A DNA stretch of 64,000 nucleotides. Origin: Escherichia phage EC.P2. The notes beneath the pieces were generated by a model. It was not told the origin of the DNA, did no database searches, and worked only from the letters and a program-made list of their open reading frames with translations. The stretch lies in the sequence record PQ631072.1; one strand, 5' to 3'. A program made the translations under genes and the position numbers. Of the stretch, positions 16,653 through 25,645 are shown one piece after another (within the stretch, counting starts at the first letter, position 1; every line of letters begins with the position of its first letter).

Positions 16653-18632
16653 TTGTTAGAAATTAACACTTCCAAGATTAAGAATACAGTAACGTTTACT
16701 GTAGATAAAGACAGTTTAAAAAATACTAAAGACGCAATTAAAAACCTTAAAACTTTTACAGAATCTATTGAACCATCTTTAAATATGACTAAAATGCGTC
16801 GTCAGTTTAAAAGTATGGAAGAGTATGCTAAAAGAATAAGGCAGCAAATGTCAGGTCTTGGCGGCGGTAATCCTCCACCAATCCCACCAACCGGAGGTTC
16901 AAGTGGTGGTGGAAAAGGAGGAAGTGGTAGAGGTGGTTCTGGATCTTCTGGAGGACGTAAAACACCAGAAGAAAGAGCCGCAGAAGCCGCCGCTAAACGT
17001 GCAGCACTTGCTAATATGAAGCAAGACGATTTTAGTTTTAAAGCTATGCCTTTTACAAAAGCAGACAGCAGAATTCTAGAAAAATCTAAAAAGATTGTAG
17101 AAGAAACTGTTGAACTTTATCGTAAAGGTGTAATCACTAGCCAACAAATGAATAACACTTTGGCTAGACAGTTAGAAGAACTACGCAGATCTCATAGAGA
17201 GAAGAATGCACAACTTCTTGATGAAGAGAGAGCTAGACGTAGAATTGCCCGTCTGCAAGAAGCAGAAGATAAAAGAAGACAGCGTATCCGAGAAAGAGAA
17301 AGAAAGGATTTCGAACGTCAGCAAAGAAGAGAGAAAGAAGCAAGACAACGAGATAGACAACGTAAACTATCTGGTGTAGGTAATGCTGCTATTGCTCTTA
17401 ACCCTGCTATGTTTGGTGCTGCTCTTTTAGGTGCTGGTTTATATCAAGGTATAAGCAAAATAGCTGAAAATATTACAGCGGCGGCAGAACGTATTAATAT
17501 GGTTAGTAAAGGTGGTCAGAACGTACAGGTAAACCCTAACGCAATTTTAACAATGCGTACTTGGGGTGAAATGAACGGTGTAGACTCTGCCAGCATTATT
17601 AAAGCCATTGACAATATTAAAGACGTTCGTGAACGTTTAGGTAATACTGTACTCCACTCTGAATTTGATGAAAAATCAGGTAAATGGAAAGGTGGAGACA
17701 GTGGTATTAATGAAATCATGAACCAATTTGGTTGGTCGAAAGAAGATGTTGCTAAATTCCAGAACAGACCTCTAGACTTTGTTCAAGCACTTGTTAATGA
17801 AGGTCAAAAAAGAGGAATGAACTCCGCGCAAATTGGTCGTTTGATGGAAAACCTTGGTGATGACTTAATGCACTACCAACGTATGTTTTTGGATAACGGT
17901 AAAGAGTACATGAAAGTCTTGGATATGTTAAAAAATTCAGGAGCAACTCTTAACGATGAAAACATCAAAGCAGCACAAGATTTTGTTAAACTAAGAGCAC
18001 AAATTAGTGCAGCAGGAGAAGGTTTTACCAATAACTTACTTGTAGGGTTTATGGATGGTTTAAAATCTGCACCAGATTTTGCAGAAAATATGAAAACTTT
18101 CCAAGAAGCTGCTCGTGGTCTTGGTGAAATGTCTGGTAGTATTGTAAGTAGCCTTGCAAAAATTGCGAAATATTTCCTTGATTTTTCAAATAAGGTTGGG
18201 CCAAAAAACAATACTAAAGAAGCTGTAAGAGATTATTATAATGGTACGCAGTATGGGTACGATGCACAGGTTGGTGGTAATCCTTGGGCTTATTGGCCTA
18301 TTGGAAGAGATCAATATAAACCTGAAAATCAACCTTTAGGTGACTTTGATAGTAGTTTCTTAACTAGCGCCTTAAATCCAAGTGCTTCTAGTATTGGTTA
18401 CAATAGACCTGATTTAACAGCATCTATGCTAACACCACGCCAAGGTGTTCCAGTACCGTTAAGTCTAGAGAATACGGTTGTTATCCCAGACAACGCATTC
18501 CAGATTAATGTTATTCCAGATGGTTATGGTTTTAGTAATTATCTAGATGCGACAATGAATACCAGTTTTAGTAACTTCTCACAAGGTTTAACTCTTCAGT
18601 TAAGTAGTGGACAATCTTCTACTGGTGGTTAA
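16653..18632 (+). CDS. tape measure protein (putative)
   Basis: 659-aa ORF after chaperone pair; Gly/Ser-rich low-complexity stretch, Arg/Glu-rich coiled-coil segment, hydrophobic segment. Confidence 0.5.
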   Translation: MLEINTSKIKNTVTFTVDKDSLKNTKDAIKNLKTFTESIEPSLNMTKMRRQFKSMEEYAKRIRQQMSGLGGGNPPPIPPTGGSSGGGKGGSGRGGSGSSGGRKTPEERAAEAAAKRAALANMKQDDFSFKAMPFTKADSRILEKSKKIVEETVELYRKGVITSQQMNNTLARQLEELRRSHREKNAQLLDEERARRRIARLQEAEDKRRQRIRERERKDFERQQRREKEARQRDRQRKLSGVGNAAIALNPAMFGAALLGAGLYQGISKIAENITAAAERINMVSKGGQNVQVNPNAILTMRTWGEMNGVDSASIIKAIDNIKDVRERLGNTVLHSEFDEKSGKWKGGDSGINEIMNQFGWSKEDVAKFQNRPLDFVQALVNEGQKRGMNSAQIGRLMENLGDDLMHYQRMFLDNGKEYMKVLDMLKNSGATLNDENIKAAQDFVKLRAQISAAGEGFTNNLLVGFMDGLKSAPDFAENMKTFQEAARGLGEMSGSIVSSLAKIAKYFLDFSNKVGPKNNTKEAVRDYYNGTQYGYDAQVGGNPWAYWPIGRDQYKPENQPLGDFDSSFLTSALNPSASSIGYNRPDLTASMLTPRQGVPVPLSLENTVVIPDNAFQINVIPDGYGFSNYLDATMNTSFSNFSQGLTLQLSSGQSSTGG

Positions 18633-18639
18633 TGCATAA

Positions 18640-18666
18640 AGCCTCGCTTCGGCGGGGCTTTTTATT
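18640..18666 (+). terminator. rho-independent terminator
   Basis: 8-bp hairpin with TTCG loop (AGCCTCGC/GCGGGGCT) followed by T-run. Confidence 0.65.
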
Positions 18667-18670
18667 TGTC

Positions 18671-18700
18671 TTGACAAAGAGTTGTTTTTCGTGATAAAAT
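18671..18700 (+). promoter_or_regulatory. sigma70-type promoter with extended -10 (TTGACA ... TGaTAAAAT)
   Basis: TTGACA 18671-18676; TG 18692-18693 and TAAAAT 18695-18700. Confidence 0.5.
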
Positions 18701-18747
18701 GAGTGATAAGGGAGAATGTTTCTTATCACATTAAGAGGTAAAATTAT

Positions 18748-19458
18748 ATGGCAGCAAACACTCCAGAACAACACGTTCAAGCGGTTTATAAAGCGGAACA
18801 AGATATAAACTCTACAAAAAACACAAATAACTCTGCCTCTACTGTGAAAGGGGAGAATGGTTTTTGTATTTTAGCAAGTGTTTACAATAGTGCAAGTGAT
18901 CAATATATTCAAAACTACCAGGCTATAGTTTTTGATGCTGTTCCAAATATCGGTGTAAAACGTCAAGCAGATGTAACTAGTTATCCTGTAGAAAATGGTG
19001 CTAATGTATCGGATCACGTTCAAGTTAAGAATAATACTTTCTCTTTATCAGGAATGATTACAGAGACACCTGTAAGATTAATGCGAGATATGCTATATAG
19101 TGCTGGTGTTAACGGTACTCGTATCAGTCAAGCAATTACTTACTTAGATAAAATATTTGATGAAAGACAGCCTATCATTTTAATAACAGAACATAAGGTG
19201 TATGAGAATGTTATTTTGAAAGGCATATCATATGAATATCAAACAGAATATGCAATGCAATTTGACTTGGAATTTGAACAAGTAAGATTAGTTTCCTACG
19301 GGGAAACAAATGCTATTGCACTTAAGACAAAACCAAATAAGAATACAGGTGTTAAAAACAAGAAAGGTACTAGTCCAGATGCTGATTTGGATGCAAGAAC
19401 AGGGAAAGCAACTGGTACAGAACATCTTAGTGATCACAGTGCAGATGGTAAAAAATAA
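18748..19458 (+). CDS. tail/baseplate protein (hypothetical)
   Basis: ORF with AGAGG RBS downstream of promoter. Confidence 0.45.
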   Translation: MAANTPEQHVQAVYKAEQDINSTKNTNNSASTVKGENGFCILASVYNSASDQYIQNYQAIVFDAVPNIGVKRQADVTSYPVENGANVSDHVQVKNNTFSLSGMITETPVRLMRDMLYSAGVNGTRISQAITYLDKIFDERQPIILITEHKVYENVILKGISYEYQTEYAMQFDLEFEQVRLVSYGETNAIALKTKPNKNTGVKNKKGTSPDADLDARTGKATGTEHLSDHSADGKK

Positions 19459-19469
19459 GGAGAAAATTT

Positions 19470-19889
19470 TTGGCTATTTCATCTTATTCAAAGATCAGTA
19501 GAAGCACATCTAATAGTGGCTACAATGCAGTATTTATTGATCGAAATTTAGGTTATTATTCTTGGTACTTACCTACAGAACAGTACCCAGACCAAACATA
19601 TACGGTAACTCTCGATGGAGTAGATTATGATATACGTTTGAGATGGAATACAAGAGATCAAGCGTGGCAAATGCAATTAGGATTATCAGGAGACAACCCT
19701 AGTGTAACTTTTAAAGTAACCAATGGTTTAGATCTTCTAGAACCATATAAGTATATAGAATCTGTGCCGGATGGTCAACTCTATTTGGTAGATACTGTTA
19801 AAATAAACGGTAGACCTAATTACTATGACACAGGTGTAGATAAAAGATTTGCTTTGGTTTATATCGACGCTCTTCCATATCAAGCATGA
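19470..19889 (+). CDS. tail/baseplate protein (hypothetical)
   Basis: TTG start 7 nt after AAGGAG. Confidence 0.45.
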   Translation: MAISSYSKISRSTSNSGYNAVFIDRNLGYYSWYLPTEQYPDQTYTVTLDGVDYDIRLRWNTRDQAWQMQLGLSGDNPSVTFKVTNGLDLLEPYKYIESVPDGQLYLVDTVKINGRPNYYDTGVDKRFALVYIDALPYQA

Positions 19890-19905
19890 TAAAAGGAGTT
19901 TTTAA

Positions 19906-20916
19906 ATGGCAGAAGAAAGAAATTATACAAAAGCTCCTGCACCCAATCTAAACAGAGCATACAAACTGTTAATAGGTACAGCTACTAATACTAAAGAAAA
20001 AAGGACAAAAAATTCCTCTTTCAAATCTACAGTAGACTTAGATACTAAACTAGGGGATGCTAAAAAATCAACCCCTAATTTGTATGTTATTACGGAGCAC
20101 CAAATATCTTTCACAATAAGAAAAGATAATAATAAAGATCCTAATCAAGCCGAGATAACTATTTATAACCTAAGTGATGATACTGTTAACTATATTAACA
20201 AGGGTATTCGTAACAACTTGGCTGTTGCTTTAGCGGTAGGTTATGAAGGTCAAGAGTTAATTATGATCTTTAAGGGAACGGTGCAATGGGTGAGTGATAC
20301 CTTTAACAATACAGACAGACGTACAGTGTTACATTGTCTGGATGGTGGTATTAACATCTCCGAAGCAAGGACAAGCAGAAGTTATCCGAAAGGTACAAAA
20401 GTAAGTAAGGTTGTTAAAGATTTAGTTAAAGATTTAGGTACTACAGAAGGTAATATTCACGTAGATACAGAGAAAACTTTATCATCTGCAACAGCTATGT
20501 GTGGGAACACATCACATTACTTAGAAAGTATCTGTAAAGGTATTGATCATAATGTGTCAATACAAGACGGATCTGTTTACGTGACACCAAGATCACAAAT
20601 GTCTAGTGCAAGATGTGCATATATTAGCGCAGAAACAGGTTTAATTGGTAGTCCAGAACCTTTCCACAATGATATTAAACCGACACAAAAAGTAACCAAA
20701 TCTTCTAAGAAAGCTAAAAAGCCTACAGATGGTGTTAAGTTCAGATGTGAAATGAACGGTGCTATCTTACCAGAAAAAACTGTTTGGCTCAAGAGCCATA
20801 ACTACGATGGTGGTTTTAAGGTAGTATCTGTTGTTCATACAGGAGATAGGGAAGGTAAAGACTGGACAACTGAAGTAGAGTCTGTATCTGTATCTGCAAT
20901 TATTAAGAAGGGCTAG
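19906..20916 (+). CDS. baseplate protein (hypothetical)
   Basis: ORF with AAAAGGAG RBS; position in baseplate block. Confidence 0.45.
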   Translation: MAEERNYTKAPAPNLNRAYKLLIGTATNTKEKRTKNSSFKSTVDLDTKLGDAKKSTPNLYVITEHQISFTIRKDNNKDPNQAEITIYNLSDDTVNYINKGIRNNLAVALAVGYEGQELIMIFKGTVQWVSDTFNNTDRRTVLHCLDGGINISEARTSRSYPKGTKVSKVVKDLVKDLGTTEGNIHVDTEKTLSSATAMCGNTSHYLESICKGIDHNVSIQDGSVYVTPRSQMSSARCAYISAETGLIGSPEPFHNDIKPTQKVTKSSKKAKKPTDGVKFRCEMNGAILPEKTVWLKSHNYDGGFKVVSVVHTGDREGKDWTTEVESVSVSAIIKKG

Positions 20917-20918
20917 AA

Positions 20919-21656
20919 ATGGATGCTTTAAATTTTGTAACAGCAATCCGTGGATTAATCAACGAGCAAGTTGCGGAAGTACATACATCTTTACCTGTAA
21001 GGGTAATTGGTGTAGATTATGGATCTAAGACAGTAACTTTAGAATCTATCGTAAAAAATACCAGATCTACTGAAGATGAAATAGATTACCCAACATTCCA
21101 CGATGTTCCTTTTATGGTAAATGGTGGTGGTACAGGTAGAATTTCATTTCCAATCAAAGCAGGAGATATTGGTGTTGTTGTCTTTTCAGAAAGAGATCCG
21201 TCGAATGCCTTCCAGACAGACGGAGATACAGCCAGTAGCGGAACATTAATTCAACCTTGTGGTTTGTATCCAGCCTGTTTTATTCCTAAGATAGCAACAG
21301 CTACAGATTCTTCTGAAGAAGTAGATTCTGAAAAAGTTGTTATCTCAAATAATAAGCAAACTTACGCTTCGTTTGATCCTAACGGTAACATATCTGTGTA
21401 CAACACACAAGGTATGAAAATAGATATGACACCAAACAGTATCGTTCTTACTGATGCAGGAGGAGGAAAACTTACACTGCAAGGTGGGACTATGACATAT
21501 AAAGGTGGTACTGTAAATTTAAACGGTTTAACAATCACACCTGACGGTCGTATGAAAGATAGTGGTGGCATTGGTTTACACACACATACACACCCTGTAC
21601 GCGGTGTTGAAACTGGTGGTAGCACTGTTACTTCCGACAAACCAAATGGAGGTTAA
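20919..21656 (+). CDS. baseplate central spike protein (gpV-like, putative)
   Basis: C-terminal Gly-rich repeats ending in HTHTHP motif, resembling metal-binding spike tips; adjacent to gp25-like gene. Confidence 0.4.
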   Translation: MDALNFVTAIRGLINEQVAEVHTSLPVRVIGVDYGSKTVTLESIVKNTRSTEDEIDYPTFHDVPFMVNGGGTGRISFPIKAGDIGVVVFSERDPSNAFQTDGDTASSGTLIQPCGLYPACFIPKIATATDSSEEVDSEKVVISNNKQTYASFDPNGNISVYNTQGMKIDMTPNSIVLTDAGGGKLTLQGGTMTYKGGTVNLNGLTITPDGRMKDSGGIGLHTHTHPVRGVETGGSTVTSDKPNGG

Positions 21657-21659
21657 CAG

Positions 21660-22295
21660 ATGGGAATACCATTTGATTTAAAACTTGATGGTTCTAACGA
21701 TTTAGTAATGGTGGATGGTGATTTAACACTAACCACAACTAAAAGTGAAATTGCAGCACAGACGCTTGGAATAACACTTAGAACTTTCCGTGGAGAATGG
21801 TTCCTCAATTCTAATTTTGGGGTTCCATATCTGCAAGAGATTATTGGTGTTGCCAAGAAGAAAGAGATTGTTGATCGCATTTTCTTATCAACTATCGCAA
21901 GTAATGTTTATATAGATAATATCAATTCCTATACATCCTCTTATGATAGAGATGATAGGTATTACTCAATGAACGTTACTGTTACAGTTGGTGAACAAGT
22001 TGTTAGTGCACTGTTCAGTACGCAGCCGTCTGAAGAATATATCTATCCAGAAGCTGGTGATGATAATGCAGCAATCACTTGTGAAGCATTTGAAATTGTT
22101 GAATCTGCAAATAGACTCTATCGCTTTATTAACATTGTTGGTCTTCCGAAAGATACTTATTCTACTTGGTGGAATGAGTGGTCTAACGAGGCATTGCTTG
22201 AAAAATACCTTGTTAACGAAGCCAATAAAGGTCTTGCAACCAATTACAACTATGCTATAACAGCAACAATGGGAGCTACAAATAATAATGGCTGA
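21660..22295 (+). CDS. baseplate wedge protein (gp25/GPW-like)
   Basis: N-terminal region with the characteristic ...TLRTFRGEW...FGVPYLQE... pattern of GPW/gp25 family proteins. Confidence 0.6.
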   Translation: MGIPFDLKLDGSNDLVMVDGDLTLTTTKSEIAAQTLGITLRTFRGEWFLNSNFGVPYLQEIIGVAKKKEIVDRIFLSTIASNVYIDNINSYTSSYDRDDRYYSMNVTVTVGEQVVSALFSTQPSEEYIYPEAGDDNAAITCEAFEIVESANRLYRFINIVGLPKDTYSTWWNEWSNEALLEKYLVNEANKGLATNYNYAITATMGATNNNG

Positions 22296-22761
22296 TTTAA
22301 CTACAATCAAGGTGTCTGATCTACCTGTAACAACATCTGTTTCAGACACAGATTATTTTGTAACAGATCAATCAGGCATCACTAAGAAAACATCATTACG
22401 TGTTCTTCTTGCGGGTGCTGGTGTTACACGAAATCGTCTTTCTGCAAGGGGTACTGTCACAAATACCCTAGCTTTAGATATTAGCACGGCAGAGTATTTC
22501 TCTGCCACTTTATCTAGTCCAACTTGCAGTATTTCATTTAGTAATGTTCCAGTTACAACTAACATTGTTCAAAACTTTACCCTATCTCTACGTCAAGGTA
22601 GTGGAGCAAATAAAGTAACGTGGCCTCAATCTGTTAAATGGAGTTTTGGTCGCGCTCCTGTTTTGAGTTATAAACAGGGAGCTACAGATATTTTTGAATT
22701 TGTTAGTTATGATAATGGAGCTACCTGGATAGGTAGTTTAGTGATGGCAGGAGTGATTTAA
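22288..22761 (+). CDS. tail fibre adaptor/anchor protein (putative)
   Basis: N-terminus (..DLPVTTSVSDTDYFVTDQ..KKTSL) resembles N-terminus of the 27814 tailspike ORF. Confidence 0.45.
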   Translation: MADLTTIKVSDLPVTTSVSDTDYFVTDQSGITKKTSLRVLLAGAGVTRNRLSARGTVTNTLALDISTAEYFSATLSSPTCSISFSNVPVTTNIVQNFTLSLRQGSGANKVTWPQSVKWSFGRAPVLSYKQGATDIFEFVSYDNGATWIGSLVMAGVI

Positions 22762-25637
22762 TGTCAAGAATTAAGCACAGAATTGACAATGTTTTCCAAC
22801 TGATCGATGGACATATTCAGTTCTTAGATCGTAATACAGGTTTAACTGTAGATCCTACAGTGCAACACTATGTATTAAACCCACAAAACGTTCTAGCTAA
22901 TAACAGACACTTTATAAACTGGACTGCTCAAGAAGGGCAACCAAACGGGGATGCTACAACAGAAGGTCAATCCGTGCTTATTCTTGGTTGCGCTTATGCA
23001 TACCTGGCTTCCGGCGATACAAAGTATTTAGACTCTGCTAAAAAATATTGGCAAGCCTATATAGATTACTTCTTTGGTGGTCAGCCTATTCCAGACCCGC
23101 CAGCAAAATATCGCCCTAACTGGATTATTAACGGTAAAGAACCACGTCTTGCACACTATCCTCTTACAGATGATGGCTACCCTACACACGGAGGTTTTAA
23201 GGGTAGCTTAATGACGTGGACTAACGGTAGAACAGTTATTCCTCATGGTGCTCCTCATTGGGGAGAATACCTTGACAAAGCATGGTTTGCTTTTAATGGT
23301 AATCTAGGATGGAACTCTGTAAACGCTACAGTATATGCTGTTAATGCAGATGGAACAACAGATTGGTCTAAGAATGGAGATCAATGGGACGTTGATTGGA
23401 TCATTGATCGTCTAGGACGTAAAGTTGATTGGGATGGAAATATCTTAGAAGAAGGTTTTCCAACATCTCAATACGGAACAGTTCAACTAAAAAATACTTC
23501 TGTAAACGGTACATATAAATTTAACTACGCGACTTGTAACCCTGTTGAACACGGTGGTTATTTAATGGAGCGTAACACTATGTGGCATAACAGACCAGTT
23601 AACGTTCCGGTAGAAATGGGCTTTCAGGATAATGCGTCAGATGCTGAAACTTGGTGGTGTGATGCTAATTACCTGATGTACCAAATTACAGGAGAAAGAA
23701 AATATTGGCTATGCTGGCAGTCTTCACTGTTAGTGTGTCAAGATTACTCAAACATTGATATGTTTGATAAATTCTTCCGTAAGTCTACATATGCAACTAT
23801 CCCGTTTACAGATGGCATCTCTTACGATTATTCGTATCCATCTACAGCAATACCTAAATATTCAAGAGATACTTTAGGTTATATTGTTATTAGACAAGAT
23901 GTTGCTGCTCAAACAACATTAGAACAGCAAGCCATTTGGTTTAAAGTTGATCAGAACTCTAAGTTACGAGTTCAGTTTCAAGGTGTAGATGACGCAGGAC
24001 ATGGTATTCTTTTCCGTCCAGAGTTGGAACTAAGTAAGACCAAAGATGAAAATAACACAGTAACTTACCGCTGTGGCTTACCACTAGGTACAGCTAATAT
24101 GACAAGCATGGATATTCCACTATCCAGCTTTATGAGAAGTACCCCTCCAAGTGGTGGAACATATATTATCGCAGATCCGCGAATTATTGTTGACTGGGGT
24201 GGCAATACTGTGGTACAATTTAAGTATGTAACAGGTATTGCTGGAACTAATAATGACCAGATTGTTACTGCATCAATGGATACGGATGGTGGCATTACTG
24301 TTGGTTTTTGGTTAACTCCTACATCAAAAGCTAATGTTAAGTCTATTACATATAGAACATATGAAGATGACTTTAACATGACTATCACGGATGCTCAAGG
24401 TTGGAGATGGTGGGCTATGCTTCCTAAAACGCAAGGGGCATGGAGTACGAAGACTTTATCAGCTTCTGATTTTAAGTTAAGTGCTTACCAGCCTAATCAT
24501 CCAGAAACAGATCCTAAACCTTCAGCAATAAATCTTACTGCGGTAGATCAGGTAAATTTAGTTCTCGATACGGCTCCTGTCAATGGTTTAACAGGAACAA
24601 TAGATTTCTATTGTATTAACGATGTACCTGAAAGATATTCGTCATCTTCTGGTGATGATTATACCATGTACTTCCGTATCACTGTACAGGCTTCAAGTCC
24701 TCATACTGCTAAGTTAGGTGATTGTACTATTATTGACTATAAGTTAAATAGTCTTAATTACACACCAGGAATAATTCCATTCTCTAATATCAGTGACCCA
24801 AACACTGCATTGTATGATGGCTGGCGTGGTATTCCATACCCAGGATACCAATACCCTTCCTTATACTGTTTTGCAGGTAGAGATATTGATTGGACACGTT
24901 TAAACAACAGTATTGATTTCTTGTATGATGCTCAAATGTGGTTTTATAACACGTTTGATCCTGTGATGCCTGGGCCTATGGCACAAGCATATGTGTGGGA
25001 TCGTTGGGATGCAAGAAAATACGGTGAACCTAATACGTTTACAATGAAACACTGGAATGAAAAAGCGTGGGATGGTTATGAAGCTCGTGCATTCTACTGT
25101 GCTTGTCATGCTGTATACGAACTTGTACAAAGAGGAGAAACACCTCCTGAAAAACTAGTAACTGTTTGTAAAAATTGGATCAACTACCTTAAATGGTTCC
25201 AAGACAATAATGATGGAAGAACACCAACTATCTTTAATCCAGATGGTACAGTTCTTGCACCTATAGATGACTTTACTAGTCATATGTCTGCACTGTTTAT
25301 GGCGGGTTGTTCAATCATGGGCTTGGCAGGTTATGATTCACAAATTCCAAACATTGGTATTGTAGCAGACAGATGTTTTGATCTGATTCAGCAAAACTAT
25401 ATTGTGCTTTCCCCTAACCATCCGATGAATGGTTGCTGGAGTGTTGCACCGCGTCCAGATTCAGATAACGGAATGTTCTTTGGTTTCCATGCTGGAGAAC
25501 TATTACGTGGTTTTGGTTTATATGCCTTGTATCGTAAACTAAACCCTCAAAACGCTTTACCAATTTTGGATAACAGTAACATACCAACACTAACTGTTCT
25601 AACTATGAATGATATTAGTGTTGATGTAACCAAATAA
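22761..25637 (+). CDS. large tail fibre/tailspike protein (958 aa)
   Basis: ATG overlapping upstream stop; large Trp/Tyr/Asn-rich protein within receptor-binding block. Confidence 0.45.
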   Translation: MSRIKHRIDNVFQLIDGHIQFLDRNTGLTVDPTVQHYVLNPQNVLANNRHFINWTAQEGQPNGDATTEGQSVLILGCAYAYLASGDTKYLDSAKKYWQAYIDYFFGGQPIPDPPAKYRPNWIINGKEPRLAHYPLTDDGYPTHGGFKGSLMTWTNGRTVIPHGAPHWGEYLDKAWFAFNGNLGWNSVNATVYAVNADGTTDWSKNGDQWDVDWIIDRLGRKVDWDGNILEEGFPTSQYGTVQLKNTSVNGTYKFNYATCNPVEHGGYLMERNTMWHNRPVNVPVEMGFQDNASDAETWWCDANYLMYQITGERKYWLCWQSSLLVCQDYSNIDMFDKFFRKSTYATIPFTDGISYDYSYPSTAIPKYSRDTLGYIVIRQDVAAQTTLEQQAIWFKVDQNSKLRVQFQGVDDAGHGILFRPELELSKTKDENNTVTYRCGLPLGTANMTSMDIPLSSFMRSTPPSGGTYIIADPRIIVDWGGNTVVQFKYVTGIAGTNNDQIVTASMDTDGGITVGFWLTPTSKANVKSITYRTYEDDFNMTITDAQGWRWWAMLPKTQGAWSTKTLSASDFKLSAYQPNHPETDPKPSAINLTAVDQVNLVLDTAPVNGLTGTIDFYCINDVPERYSSSSGDDYTMYFRITVQASSPHTAKLGDCTIIDYKLNSLNYTPGIIPFSNISDPNTALYDGWRGIPYPGYQYPSLYCFAGRDIDWTRLNNSIDFLYDAQMWFYNTFDPVMPGPMAQAYVWDRWDARKYGEPNTFTMKHWNEKAWDGYEARAFYCACHAVYELVQRGETPPEKLVTVCKNWINYLKWFQDNNDGRTPTIFNPDGTVLAPIDDFTSHMSALFMAGCSIMGLAGYDSQIPNIGIVADRCFDLIQQNYIVLSPNHPMNGCWSVAPRPDSDNGMFFGFHAGELLRGFGLYALYRKLNPQNALPILDNSNIPTLTVLTMNDISVDVTK

Positions 25638-25645
25638 GGAAAATA

